Assembly (NCBI GenBank): GCA_007376385.1
Contig: VMGC01000003.1
Location: forward strand, 32,001-96,000
Direction: 5' to 3'
DNA: 64,000 bases
Source of the DNA: Parcubacteria group bacterium Gr01-1014_8
GTDB taxonomy: Bacteria > Patescibacteriota > Minisyncoccia > Phycocordibacterales > UBA2100
Below the pieces are notes generated by a model. That model saw nothing but the letters and a program-made list of their open reading frames with translations. It did no database searches and was not told the origin of the DNA. Shown piece by piece: positions 29,775 to 39,376 of the stretch (position 1 is the first letter of the stretch; every line of letters begins with the position of its first letter). Both the position numbers and the translations under genes were made by a program.

Positions 29775-29992
29775 ATTGAAAATTGTAGCTCCGACTGTGC
29801 TCTTCGGGTACTCGGGTCAGTCCGATAAAAAAGTCTTCGGGCGGTGAGATATTAGTCTTTGCTCGAACCCACTTCGCACGCGCGGAGCGCGTGGTGGCTT
29901 GAAACTGAAGCGTACGCCCCGATTCCGCTGACTCTCGCCTCTGCCGCGCCGCTTTGCGGCGCGGCTCTGTCCGAACTCGAAGTTTCTATCTG

Positions 29993-30081
29993 CGGAGAGG
30001 GAGGGATTCGAACCCTCGAGACAGTTTTACCCGCCTAACACGTTAGCACCGTGCCGCCTTCGACCACTCGGCCACCTCTCC
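29993..30081 (-). tRNA. tRNA-Ser (anticodon GCU), long variable arm
   Basis: Minus-strand GGAGAGGTGGCCGAGTGGTCGAAGGCGGCACGGTGCTAACGTGTTAGGCGGGTAAAACTGTCTCGAGGGTTCGAATCCCTCCCTCTCCG. Closely follows the E. coli tRNA-Ser(GCU) layout. Confidence 0.85.
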
Positions 30082-30270
30082 CTCGATTCGCTTACGCGAA
30101 TCATATCGGAAGGAGGCCTCGCCCTTCGGGCTCCCTAAAGCCTGCTCGGCACTTGCCTCGCATTGGCTTTTTCCGCATTCGCGGAATCGGATGAAATAGA
30201 CGCCAGGTCATATTTCATGGCCACCTCTCCAACCGCACTACCCTATCATAGAACAATAGGGTTTTCTAAA

Positions 30271-30624
30271 TCACAAAACTTTGTGTATCAACCAAGAGAG
30301 AAGCGACAGAACGATGGCACCCAATACCGCACTCCAGAAACCTGCGATAGAAAATCCTGGCACTATCCACGTCATTGCATAAAAAAGAAATGCGTTCAAA
30401 ACAAAAGCAAACAGTCCGAATGTGATGAGAGTGATCGGGAATGTAAGGATCTGCAGAACGGGACGAATAACGGTTACAATGACTGACCATACGAGTGCGA
30501 CTAAAAGAACTGTCGTCCATCCGCCTGCAATTGTTATGCCTGGGACAATGTTGACGGTTAATAGCACCGCCGCGACGTTCCCTGCATATTTCAAGAGAAA
30601 GTGCATGCGTTCATGATACGACAT
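30271..30624 (-). CDS. YvlD / phage-holin-4_2 family four-TM membrane protein
   Basis: 117 aa. Four hydrophobic helices with the typical motifs ...NVAAVLLTVNIVPGI... and ...WIVPGFSIAGFWSAVLGAIVLSLLSWL. Confidence 0.6.
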   Translation of the reverse strand: MSYHERMHFLLKYAGNVAAVLLTVNIVPGITIAGGWTTVLLVALVWSVIVTVIRPVLQILTFPITLITFGLFAFVLNAFLFYAMTWIVPGFSIAGFWSAVLGAIVLSLLSWLIHKVL

Positions 30625-30985
30625 AAAGCACTCCCAGGCAAAACACCCGCCAGCTTTCGGCTGATGGGTGTCTTTTAGTTCCGAATTTCAGCGCTACTCC
30701 TGTTCTTCCTCTGCCATGCCTTCCAACAGGTCTTCATCCAGCTCTTCACTTTCCTCGGCTGGTTCATTCCCCTCATCATCGTTAGACATCATCATAGATA
30801 TGCAACGCTATCCTGATAACGAGCATTCGCTCGATATCGTGTCTTCGCGGGGATGACAATGAAAGCAAGCTTTCGCTTCGCATCCTCGCTAGCCACGATA
30901 ACACCGCTATCGTACCGATACCTACCCCGCGTGCAAGCGATAGGGGTGTGAATAACTTTTGGGGAGCATATAATTCCTCTACCTC

Positions 30986-33154
30986 ATGAACGCCTCCGAT
31001 ACCATCACCGCGCATTTTCGCCTCACTAAGCCACAAATTGCGGCTCTCCGACGACTTGGACTAATAACTATTGCTGATATCTTGCGCCATTTTCCTGCAC
31101 GCTATGAGAGAGCCGGCGAATCATCAGACATCTCCCATTTGGTAGCGGGACAAAAAGTAACCCTCTATGGAGAGTTATCGAAACTTGAAGCAAAGCGATT
31201 ATGGAAAAGTCGCCGCACAGCAACAGAAGGTATCTTCGAAGACGCGACCGGAAAAGTGAAAGTGCTCTGGTTCAATCAACCTTACATCGCAAAAATGGCG
31301 CCGCAAATGCAGCTTGTTAAATTAACAGGTTCCGTTGCCGGCAAAAACAAACCATATATCACTAATCCTGAAATTGAGACGTTGCCACCAGGCTTCATAC
31401 CTCCGGTGCAAAGTGAAAAATTGTTCAACGTGGCACGATCTGAACCAACACCAACCTCCATTTTCCCCGTCTATCCGGAAACGCGCGGTATTACGTCTCG
31501 TTGGTTCTTTCACGCCTTGGAACGCATTTTTGGATCGAACACACATATCACGCTCGAAGATCCTCTCCCAAGTAATGTACGAGAAAGATACCACCTACCC
31601 GATCTTTCTACATCGCTTATGTGGGCGCATAAGCCGGAAAAGGAATCGCATGCAGAAGTCGCGCGAAAACGTTTTGCGTTCGAAGAAATTTTTGTGCTCA
31701 ACGTCATGCGTGCGAAAGAACGCGCAGAAAATGACGCACTGCCTTCATTTCAAATAGATAATGCAAAAGAACATGCAGTGCATTTTCTCGAAAGCGTGTC
31801 GTTCAAAGCGACGCGCGCGCAGCATGTAGCGATAGAAGACATCCTCGCTGATCTTAAGAAAAATCACCCGATGGCACGGCTCCTCGAAGGTGATGTTGGA
31901 AGCGGCAAAACCCTTGTCGCCGCAGCGACTGCATATGCGATCGTAAATTCAAGACCTCGAGGACAGACCTTCGGCACGCTCCAGGTCGGTTATATGGCGC
32001 CGACCGAGATCTTGGCAACGCAGCATTTCCAATCGTTCATCGAATATTTCCGACATCTGCCGATTAATATTGCCCTCATCACTGGTAGTGGATGTAAAAA
32101 ATTCCCGTCAAGATCCCACCCCGAAAAAGCAACAGATATCTCACGCTCGCAATTGTTGAAATGGGTAGCGAGCGGCGAAATAGCGATGCTCGTCGGGACT
32201 CATACGCTCATCCAAAAGGCGGTTCAATTCAAACACCTCGCATATGCCATCGTAGACGAACAGCATCGGTTTGGCACAAAGCAAAGGCGTGAGCTCGCAC
32301 GAAAGGGCGACAAAACGCCACATTTCCTCAGTATGACCGCAACCCCCATACCGCGCACGCTGGCCCTCACGATGTACGGCGACCTGGATCTATCCATTCT
32401 GGATGAGCTACCGCCTGGACGCGCAAAAATAACTACCCGTATCATCAAACCGAACGAACGCAGCCTTGCATACGAGGCGGTAAGAACAGAACTTGCAAAG
32501 GGAAGGCAGGCGTTCATCATTTGTCCTCGCATCGAAGAGCCTGACCCGACAAAACTGAACGCACTGCAGGCAAAGTCCGCAAAAGCAGAGGCAAAACGAT
32601 TGAAAGCAGAGATATTCCCCGAGTACCGCATAGGCCTGCTTCATGGCAGCGTGAAAACAAAAGAAAAAGACGAGGTCATGCGAAAATTCGCCGCACACGA
32701 AATAGATATCTTGGTTGCAACATCCGTCGTAGAAGTCGGCATTAACGTCCCGAACGCAACCGTCATGCTCATTGAAGGAGCTGAGCGGTTCGGACTTGCT
32801 CAGTTGCACCAATTACGCGGACGCATCATGCGTTCCTCGCATCCGCCGCTGTGTTTTCTCTTGCCTGAGAAAAAGGGCGAAATGGCAATGAAGAGGTTAA
32901 AGGCGTTAGAAAAAAGCGATAACGGATTTGAGCTCGCAGAATCAGATCTCGAGACGCGGGGCGCAGGCGATCTCATAGGACGAAAACAATGGGGCATGAC
33001 AGACCTCGGTATGGAAGCGCTGAAGAACATCAAACTCATCCGCGCTGCGCGCATCGAGGCTGCTGCGCTCATCAAAGAGGACCCCGGCCTTTCAAAGCAT
33101 TCTGCACTCAAAAACCGTGTAGCGTCCACGTCTGCGACATCACATCAAGAATAA
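30986..33154 (+). CDS. recG: ATP-dependent DNA helicase RecG
   Basis: 722 aa. N-terminal wedge/OB domain. Helicase motifs I (GDVGSGKT), II (DEQH) and VI. TRG motif region. Confidence 0.95.
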   Translation: MNASDTITAHFRLTKPQIAALRRLGLITIADILRHFPARYERAGESSDISHLVAGQKVTLYGELSKLEAKRLWKSRRTATEGIFEDATGKVKVLWFNQPYIAKMAPQMQLVKLTGSVAGKNKPYITNPEIETLPPGFIPPVQSEKLFNVARSEPTPTSIFPVYPETRGITSRWFFHALERIFGSNTHITLEDPLPSNVRERYHLPDLSTSLMWAHKPEKESHAEVARKRFAFEEIFVLNVMRAKERAENDALPSFQIDNAKEHAVHFLESVSFKATRAQHVAIEDILADLKKNHPMARLLEGDVGSGKTLVAAATAYAIVNSRPRGQTFGTLQVGYMAPTEILATQHFQSFIEYFRHLPINIALITGSGCKKFPSRSHPEKATDISRSQLLKWVASGEIAMLVGTHTLIQKAVQFKHLAYAIVDEQHRFGTKQRRELARKGDKTPHFLSMTATPIPRTLALTMYGDLDLSILDELPPGRAKITTRIIKPNERSLAYEAVRTELAKGRQAFIICPRIEEPDPTKLNALQAKSAKAEAKRLKAEIFPEYRIGLLHGSVKTKEKDEVMRKFAAHEIDILVATSVVEVGINVPNATVMLIEGAERFGLAQLHQLRGRIMRSSHPPLCFLLPEKKGEMAMKRLKALEKSDNGFELAESDLETRGAGDLIGRKQWGMTDLGMEALKNIKLIRAARIEAAALIKEDPGLSKHSALKNRVASTSATSHQE

Positions 33155-33239
33155 AGGGAGGTCCCCTTTGTTGTCTCCTCGGCTCGGAAATACGAGAAGT
33201 TCTGCTCTCACATTCCTCTCGCAACGCTCGCCAATGGTC

Positions 33240-34565
33240 TTAGTAGACAATGCTCACGCCGACTGTGTCTGTTGACGAAAGATTAGAACCGCGCTTAAGA
33301 GTTATCGTATAGTTGCCAGCATCGGTATACGTATGCGAGAGCTGCTTGGTGACGGAACCGCTGCTACAGCTGCCTTGAGATTGACTCGCGTGCGTTGAAC
33401 CATCTCCCCAGTCCAGATCATACCTGGTACAACTGCTCGAGAGTTCAAAATCCGCCCGAACGCTGAACTCATCGCCACTACCTGACGGACTTACTGAGAA
33501 ATATCCTCCTCCCTGGCCAGTGCCTCCCCCAACAGCAATCGAGACATTCCGCAGCTCCGACGAACCAAGTTTCAACCGAGCAAGATAATTACTCGAGGAA
33601 TTATAGACATGATTTATTGAGAACGAGTTTGAACTGCAGTTATTTATGTTGATGTTCGTCGATTGTCCGTCGCCAAAATCGACGGAATACACACCGGGAT
33701 TGCAGGCACCCGCAGAATTGACGAGCCCAGAGAACATTACCGAAAGAGGTGCGTCCCCTGACGTTGGCGAAGCAGACAGTGAATCGCCAGACGGATTCGG
33801 GTTCGAGGAACCTGTTACGGCCACCGTGGCATTTATCTGCTGCGTCCCGGAGCGAAGCGTAACTACGAACGTCCCGCCGCTGCTGTATGTATGATTTATC
33901 AGCTGCCGGATCTCTGCGCACGCGTTCGCAGGCACGTTGATAGGCACGCGAGGAGCGCTATCGCCAAAGTCGAGCTCGTACGACACCGCGGCACATGATT
34001 TCGTCGTGTTGACAGTCACATCAACCGAAACAGGAAGCGGCGCTGGTCCTGATATCGGAGAAACGCGCATAAAGCCGCCTGCATTTGCGGTCGCATCAGG
34101 GCACTGCAGTGCAAGGAGCGCAGCGGTACGTGGTCCAGTAACACCGAATCCCGTCTCCCCCGGGGAGCCATCGCACACGATCTTATTTTTGCATTGGAAT
34201 CGTTTGATGGCCGCCTCTGTGAGAGGACCATAGTAGCCGCTCACCTGCGCTTCTGGGTATACGGAAGGATCAAGCGCAAGGAATCTCTGTAGGCGCGCCA
34301 CATCATCGCCGGAGCTGCCAAGTTTGAGCGAACGCGAAATATAAGGACACTGAACATTACCCGATTGGATCGGGGCGCCGCCCGTTGGCTGTGCCTGCGG
34401 ATTGACGCCAAGCTGAGTTTGGAGTGCTTCTATCTGTCTAAGAAGCGCTTCGATCTGGACGCGAAGTTCATCTGCCGTGAGCGCATACGAAACTAGAGGC
34501 AAAGACACGAGGAACAGGAACGCGAGCGCCATCTTCTTCATCCCCCTCATTGTCGCATGCCACAA
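33240..34565 (-). CDS. Secreted protein with a peptidoglycan-binding domain and three PKD-like repeats
   Basis: 441 aa. Signal peptide, coiled-coil. PG_binding_1-like segment (GDDVARLQRFLA...YYGPLTEAAIKRFQ). Three repeats of the pattern Y.(L/V)DFGD...H.Y...G.Y.V.L. Confidence 0.7.
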   Translation of the reverse strand: MWHATMRGMKKMALAFLFLVSLPLVSYALTADELRVQIEALLRQIEALQTQLGVNPQAQPTGGAPIQSGNVQCPYISRSLKLGSSGDDVARLQRFLALDPSVYPEAQVSGYYGPLTEAAIKRFQCKNKIVCDGSPGETGFGVTGPRTAALLALQCPDATANAGGFMRVSPISGPAPLPVSVDVTVNTTKSCAAVSYELDFGDSAPRVPINVPANACAEIRQLINHTYSSGGTFVVTLRSGTQQINATVAVTGSSNPNPSGDSLSASPTSGDAPLSVMFSGLVNSAGACNPGVYSVDFGDGQSTNININNCSSNSFSINHVYNSSSNYLARLKLGSSELRNVSIAVGGGTGQGGGYFSVSPSGSGDEFSVRADFELSSSCTRYDLDWGDGSTHASQSQGSCSSGSVTKQLSHTYTDAGNYTITLKRGSNLSSTDTVGVSIVY

Positions 34566-34597
34566 CCGACGCGCAATAAGAAATACACACTATAACC

Positions 34598-34936
34598 TTA
34601 AAGCTTAAAATACTTTTTAACCGCCGCAACATCCCCCGCTATCGCGGCTTTCAGGCTTTCTTCTGTATCAAATTGCGTTGTCTCCCGAATTTTTTCGCGT
34701 AGTTCGACGGAAATCTCTTTACCGTATAGATCACCGCTGAAATCAGGCAAATATGCTTCGAGCACTTTCCTTTCCTTATTCGCAAAGACGGCCGCAACAT
34801 ACGTCCTTCCATCTACGCGTACCTGAGCAGCGTAAACGCCGGAGAAATCGCCCTCAAGCGGAATATTGGCCGTAGGGAATCCAAGGGTGGCACCATACCC
34901 CTTTCCTTTTTGTACGATGCCGGAGAATTTTTTCAT
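34598..34936 (-). CDS. Riboflavin kinase domain protein
   Basis: About 112 aa from the internal Met. Motifs GYGATLGFPTANI and the E...R..E C-terminal pattern of RibF/riboflavin kinase domains. Confidence 0.65.
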   Translation of the reverse strand: MKKFSGIVQKGKGYGATLGFPTANIPLEGDFSGVYAAQVRVDGRTYVAAVFANKERKVLEAYLPDFSGDLYGKEISVELREKIRETTQFDTEESLKAAIAGDVAAVKKYFKL

Positions 34937-35182
34937 AACAATCCGCCCACAAGGACACTTTGGAAACACCACAAGAGTACTTCAGAAAATATACTCGTGC
35001 CACTCGTTATTTTCTTGGTCACACCTCAAGGGTACTTCCATTTTTCTAAGCCGGAGTACCGGCAAGAAAAATTGGTCGCCCACGGTTTTCCAACGGGCTT
35101 CGCCCTGCCTTCCTCCACGGGAAACAAAGTGTTTCCCCGACCCCCTTCCTGTCCAAGCGGGCGTCCATTCATTTCATTCATG

Positions 35183-35256
35183 TCCGCCCGCTTGGACTCG
35201 AACCAAGGACCCTCGAGGTATAAGCTCGATGCTCTAACCAACTGAGCTACGGGCGG
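35183..35256 (-). tRNA. tRNA-Ile (anticodon UAU)
   Basis: Minus-strand CCGCCCGTAGCTCAGTTGGTTAGAGCATCGAGCTTATACCTCGAGGGTCCTTGGTTCGAGTCCAAGCGGGCGGA. Anticodon stem TCGAG/CTCGA, loop CTTATAC. Confidence 0.8.
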
Positions 35257-35374
35257 AAGTGAGGAGCAATGTGCCAGCTCTTGAGCTCGCATATTGTCCG
35301 AACGCCCCGTCCGTATGGATTTCGTATACGGGCGGAGTGAACTCACGGATTATAGTCAGCCTGCGCCACTCGCG

Positions 35375-36343
35375 CTAGCGTATCAACTCCGAAAGCGACT
35401 TGCCTTCGTGCAACCGTTCGATCCCCTGCGCAACGAGTTCCGCAAGAGGAAGCACCGTAATTTTCACGCGTTTTGATTTTAGAAGTTCCGGGTCATGAGG
35501 AATCGAATCGGTAACGATAACTTCATCGACGGCAGAATCGTCAAAAGCTTCAATGACCTTCCTTGGATTCGACGCGAACACGGCATGCGTTGCGTAGCAG
35601 AAGATCTTTTTTGCGCCCGCTTCTTTTGCCGCCTCTGCATCGGCAATCATCGTGCCGCCCGAATCGATTATGTCATCTACAAATAGCACGTCTTTCCCCT
35701 CAACAGAGCCGATTATTTTTATAGACTCACGCTTTACCTGTCCGGGAGCAGAACGGCTTTTAGAAAAGACCACGAAATCTTCATGCCCGAGCCTTCTGGC
35801 GTACGCTTCTGCGCGCACCGCGTTTTTATCAGGAGACGCCACGATTGAAGACTCCGAGAGAATATTTTTCAAATATGGAACCGTCACTGACGACGAATAG
35901 AGATGATCAACCATCAGAGGATGAAAAAAACCAGCGGTCGGTTCCGAATGAACGTCAAAAAGAAGTGCTCTATCGGCGCCTGAATGCGCGAGGAAATCGA
36001 TGATGACCCTTGCGCTCGTCGCGACACGCGGCCTGTCTTTGCGGTCTTGCCGATTATAGCCAAGGTAGGTGGGAACAAGCGTGATCCTTCCGGCTGACGA
36101 ATCGTGCGCGGCTTCCGCAAGAAGCACCATCTCAAGGATGTTTTCTGCAGGCGGGTTAGTCGGGTTAATGATGAATACATCCGTGTCTCGCACGTTCTCC
36201 AGTATCTGCACGCGCACCTCGCCGTCATTGAACCTCGCGACCTGTGCTTCGCCGAGCTTAATACCAAGGCGCTTACACACTGCCTCTCCCATCGCTTGCC
36301 CGGCAACTCCGGTAAATATTTTGATGGGCCTGTCGTGGTTCAT
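35375..36343 (-). CDS. prs: Ribose-phosphate pyrophosphokinase
   Basis: PRPP-binding motif (VLFVDDIIDSGGT) and Prs N-terminal domain. Start trimmed to MNHDRPIKIF. Confidence 0.9.
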   Translation of the reverse strand: MNHDRPIKIFTGVAGQAMGEAVCKRLGIKLGEAQVARFNDGEVRVQILENVRDTDVFIINPTNPPAENILEMVLLAEAAHDSSAGRITLVPTYLGYNRQDRKDRPRVATSARVIIDFLAHSGADRALLFDVHSEPTAGFFHPLMVDHLYSSSVTVPYLKNILSESSIVASPDKNAVRAEAYARRLGHEDFVVFSKSRSAPGQVKRESIKIIGSVEGKDVLFVDDIIDSGGTMIADAEAAKEAGAKKIFCYATHAVFASNPRKVIEAFDDSAVDEVIVTDSIPHDPELLKSKRVKITVLPLAELVAQGIERLHEGKSLSELIR

Positions 36344-36350
36344 GTACCCC

Positions 36351-37499
36351 TTAGCGTACCGCCTTTGCCACCTGCTTTGCAACCCGTTTATCGAACATAT
36401 CGGGGAGAATTTTTTGCGTTCCTGGTTTTTTTATGAGACCTGCAATGGCCTTCGCCGCTTTTATTTTCATCTCGTCGGTGATCCGTCTCACACGGTTGTC
36501 GAGAGCCCCGCGAAAGACTCCTGGAAACGCGAGTGAATTATTGACCTGGTTCGGGAAATCAGAGCGACCTGTTGCGATCACCTTTGCTCCTCCCTTTTTC
36601 GCTTCATCAGGCATTATCTCAGGCAACGGGTTTGCCATCGCAAAGATGATCGGGTCTCGCGCCATTTTCTTTATCATTGCTGCGTTGATAACGCCCGGTC
36701 TCGAAAGTCCCAGAAACACATCCGAATTTATGAGAGCTTTAGAAAGATCTCCTCCGCTCTCCGCAAAAATAGTCTTGTTTCTTATGAGCTCTTTCTTCGT
36801 GGAATTGAGGTCATCTCGCCCGCTCCAAACGATACCCGTACTGTCGACAGCGAGTATCTTCACTTTTGGCGCATATCGCTTCAACAGCCGCATCGTCGCA
36901 ACTCCTGCCGCACCAACGCCGCTTACCGTCAACGTGCATTTGTTCATATCTTTTTTCACGACTTTCATCGAATTGATGAGCCCTGCTAGTACGACTATTG
37001 CCGTTCCATGCTGGTCGTCATGCATGACCGGTATGTCAAGCGCGTCGATGACCCTCTGTTCGATCTCAAAACATTTCGGCGCCGCAATGTCTTCCAAGTT
37101 GATACCGCCGAATGCCGGAGCGATGCGGATCACCGTATCCACGATGGCATCCGCGTCTTGGGTATCGAGAACTATAGGTACAGCGTCGACATCTGCGAAC
37201 GTCTTAAAAAGCGCGCATTTCCCCTCCATCACAGGGAGCGCGCCCAGCGCGCCAATATTTCCCAGCCCTAGTACCGCCGATCCGTCTGATATAACGGCGA
37301 CCATGCGGCCTTTCATTGTATAGATGCGGGCATCCTGCTTATGCTTTGCTACGTGGCTGGATACCGCAGCAACACCCGGCGTATACACAAGGGATAGGTC
37401 GGCTCGATTCCTCACGGGAGCGGCCGGCAGTATTCGTATCTTTCCGCCAAGTTTCTTGTGAAGTGCGAGAGCCTTTTTGGCGTTGTCATTTTTTTTCAT
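36351..37499 (-). CDS. NAD(P)-dependent malic enzyme (short form)
   Basis: Malic-enzyme N-terminal domain (YTPGVA). NAD-binding Rossmann GVGAAG. Start trimmed to MKKNDNAKK. Confidence 0.85.
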   Translation of the reverse strand: MKKNDNAKKALALHKKLGGKIRILPAAPVRNRADLSLVYTPGVAAVSSHVAKHKQDARIYTMKGRMVAVISDGSAVLGLGNIGALGALPVMEGKCALFKTFADVDAVPIVLDTQDADAIVDTVIRIAPAFGGINLEDIAAPKCFEIEQRVIDALDIPVMHDDQHGTAIVVLAGLINSMKVVKKDMNKCTLTVSGVGAAGVATMRLLKRYAPKVKILAVDSTGIVWSGRDDLNSTKKELIRNKTIFAESGGDLSKALINSDVFLGLSRPGVINAAMIKKMARDPIIFAMANPLPEIMPDEAKKGGAKVIATGRSDFPNQVNNSLAFPGVFRGALDNRVRRITDEMKIKAAKAIAGLIKKPGTQKILPDMFDKRVAKQVAKAVR

Positions 37500-37506
37500 A
37501 CCGAGA

Positions 37507-38901
37507 CTATATACGTTTTCCGCGAAAAAATACAGCCTCCACGCTTCCTGGCATTTCTCTGCCTTCAAGCGCTGACCATTTCACTTTTGTTTTGAGGTCC
37601 TCGCGCCGCACCTTTGTTTTTCTCTTTAGGTTCAACACAGTAAGGGAGCCGACAAAACCTTTTTTAACTTCACCGAACCCCTTCCCAAAATTTTGCTTTG
37701 GAAATTGTCTTTTTAGGAAAGGACTGACAAATTTCCCCGGATAGTATGCGGCTACCCGTGCGATATCTTGTGAAGTGAATCCACATTCGTTCATAAGCCA
37801 CGCGCAAACCAGTCCATACGTATCAAGCCACGGCGCTCCGCTGTGATTATTCTCGCAGCACGTGGCGAAAAACAATTCTTTGTCTTTCTTTTTTATGTTT
37901 TCTGCTATTTCTTTGTTGTTTTTTCCCGGATACTCATTTGTGAATTTAGTGAATGCAGAAAATTTCTCCTCTTCGGTGTGGGGCGCATGGTCTGTGGCAA
38001 GAAATTGGATAAACCCATCTTTCAGCCCTTTGATCAAGGCCTTCCGGTGCCCCGGCGCCTGTATAGCAGGGTTCATCTGAATTTTCGTCCATAACGACGG
38101 ATCAGCGTCGGTCATTGATGTATCGAACAGAAGGTGCAGCGGAGAAACTTCAAGCACAATGTCTGCTCCGCGCTTTCTTGCGGCTGTTATCATTTTGAAA
38201 CTTATCCCCCCGATGGACCAATGACACAGTTTCGCTCGAATGTTGTATTTTTCGATGAGCGGAAGCAGTATTTTTAACCCTTCGTTCACGCACTCAAGCG
38301 GACGCCGTTCAGTATGTGTCTTCCCTGCTACATGCGCCTGAACTATCGGTTCATACTCGACATGGAACGACACATAATGGTGTTTATACTTGGCAAGAAT
38401 TGCATCAAGCTCATCTCCATACGTTACCGTGAGGTCGCCTACTGATTTTCCAAAATATAATTTGTAGAAATTCTCCCCGGGCTTGCCGAGCGGCTTCGTT
38501 TTCGGATCGATGCCAAGATAATTCAGGATAGAAACGGGGTGCGCGAGCTGCTTAACCCTGGCTCTGTGCCATGTCCATTGTTCTTTGCCTACAACGGGAT
38601 TTGGGGTATTAGGCATCGCACTCACATGCACGACTCCTCCACTCAGCGCAGCATCCGCCGCTGTTTTGTAGTCTTCTTTATAGACCTGCTTTCCCGTGTC
38701 GTCCTCGCGGGCGTGTATGTGCACGTCTCCGAAACCAGCAAATAGTAAACAATCATCGTTGAAAATATAGGTCGCCTTTAAACCCTTTCCTCGCTTAGAG
38801 ACATTTAGTATGAGACCCGTCTTGCTATCAATTTCTACAACTCCCCGGTAAGGCTTTTTATCATGCCCTGCGATCATCCCCTCGATGGTGACCGTCTTCA
38901 T
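37507..38901 (-). CDS. Dihydroorotase-like cyclic amidohydrolase
   Basis: Metal-binding HxH (DVHIHAR), carbamylated-Lys region and DHAPH motif. Start trimmed to MKTVTIEG. Has a C-terminal extension relative to classical PyrC. Confidence 0.75.
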   Translation of the reverse strand: MKTVTIEGMIAGHDKKPYRGVVEIDSKTGLILNVSKRGKGLKATYIFNDDCLLFAGFGDVHIHAREDDTGKQVYKEDYKTAADAALSGGVVHVSAMPNTPNPVVGKEQWTWHRARVKQLAHPVSILNYLGIDPKTKPLGKPGENFYKLYFGKSVGDLTVTYGDELDAILAKYKHHYVSFHVEYEPIVQAHVAGKTHTERRPLECVNEGLKILLPLIEKYNIRAKLCHWSIGGISFKMITAARKRGADIVLEVSPLHLLFDTSMTDADPSLWTKIQMNPAIQAPGHRKALIKGLKDGFIQFLATDHAPHTEEEKFSAFTKFTNEYPGKNNKEIAENIKKKDKELFFATCCENNHSGAPWLDTYGLVCAWLMNECGFTSQDIARVAAYYPGKFVSPFLKRQFPKQNFGKGFGEVKKGFVGSLTVLNLKRKTKVRREDLKTKVKWSALEGREMPGSVEAVFFRGKRI

Positions 38902-38950
38902 TAGTCGCCATTTAAGCACAGCGCCGCAGCAAGTGCCACACGTGAAATTA

Positions 38951-39268
38951 TTACCCCCACCACGCTTCCCCTTTTTTAGGCTTGAACCCAACTTCAAGGG
39001 CGCGGTTATTTGCGATAGCACGCAACTCTTCTTTCGCCTGAAAATTAGTCATCAAATCTGATCTTAAAATGTCTCTCTTCAGAGCATCAAGCGCATGCAG
39101 CGTATGCGCCAGTTTCAATTTACCCGTGAAATCCTTTATATGACTCTGCACAGACTTTGAGTAGTTGTTATGGACAGCGCTGGCGAGAAACTCATCGGAA
39201 GGTTCGGGCATCGAACGATCAACCATGCTCAGAGTATACCCCGTGAGATAGAGATATAGCGATTGCAA
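38951..39268 (-). CDS. Hypothetical protein
   Basis: 105 aa with no motif. Sits between ftsH and the dihydroorotase gene. Confidence 0.3.
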   Translation of the reverse strand: MQSLYLYLTGYTLSMVDRSMPEPSDEFLASAVHNNYSKSVQSHIKDFTGKLKLAHTLHALDALKRDILRSDLMTNFQAKEELRAIANNRALEVGFKPKKGEAWWG

Positions 39269-39376
39269 TGAGCAGACGAGCTATTTCTGAAATAATTACT
39301 GGTGAAATATGACGAGCCGTTATCTCATGGGGTATACGCCCTATCGGAACCGGCTCACGCAGGGAAGTGGACAGTT

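Noticed and set aside
29775-30081. Prophage or integrative island at tRNA-Ser
   Set aside because: No integrase, recombinase or clear direct repeat of the tRNA-Ser 3' end was found within the window. Only one orphan ORF with slightly lower GC is present, so an island call is not supportable.
30640-30985. Short ORFs (30668..30856 +, 30782..31036 -) upstream of recG
   Set aside because: They are low-complexity (Ser-rich), mutually overlapping, and lie in the recG promoter region. A hairpin plus T-tract at about 30640-30680 may be an orphan terminator or small RNA, but the evidence is too weak to annotate.
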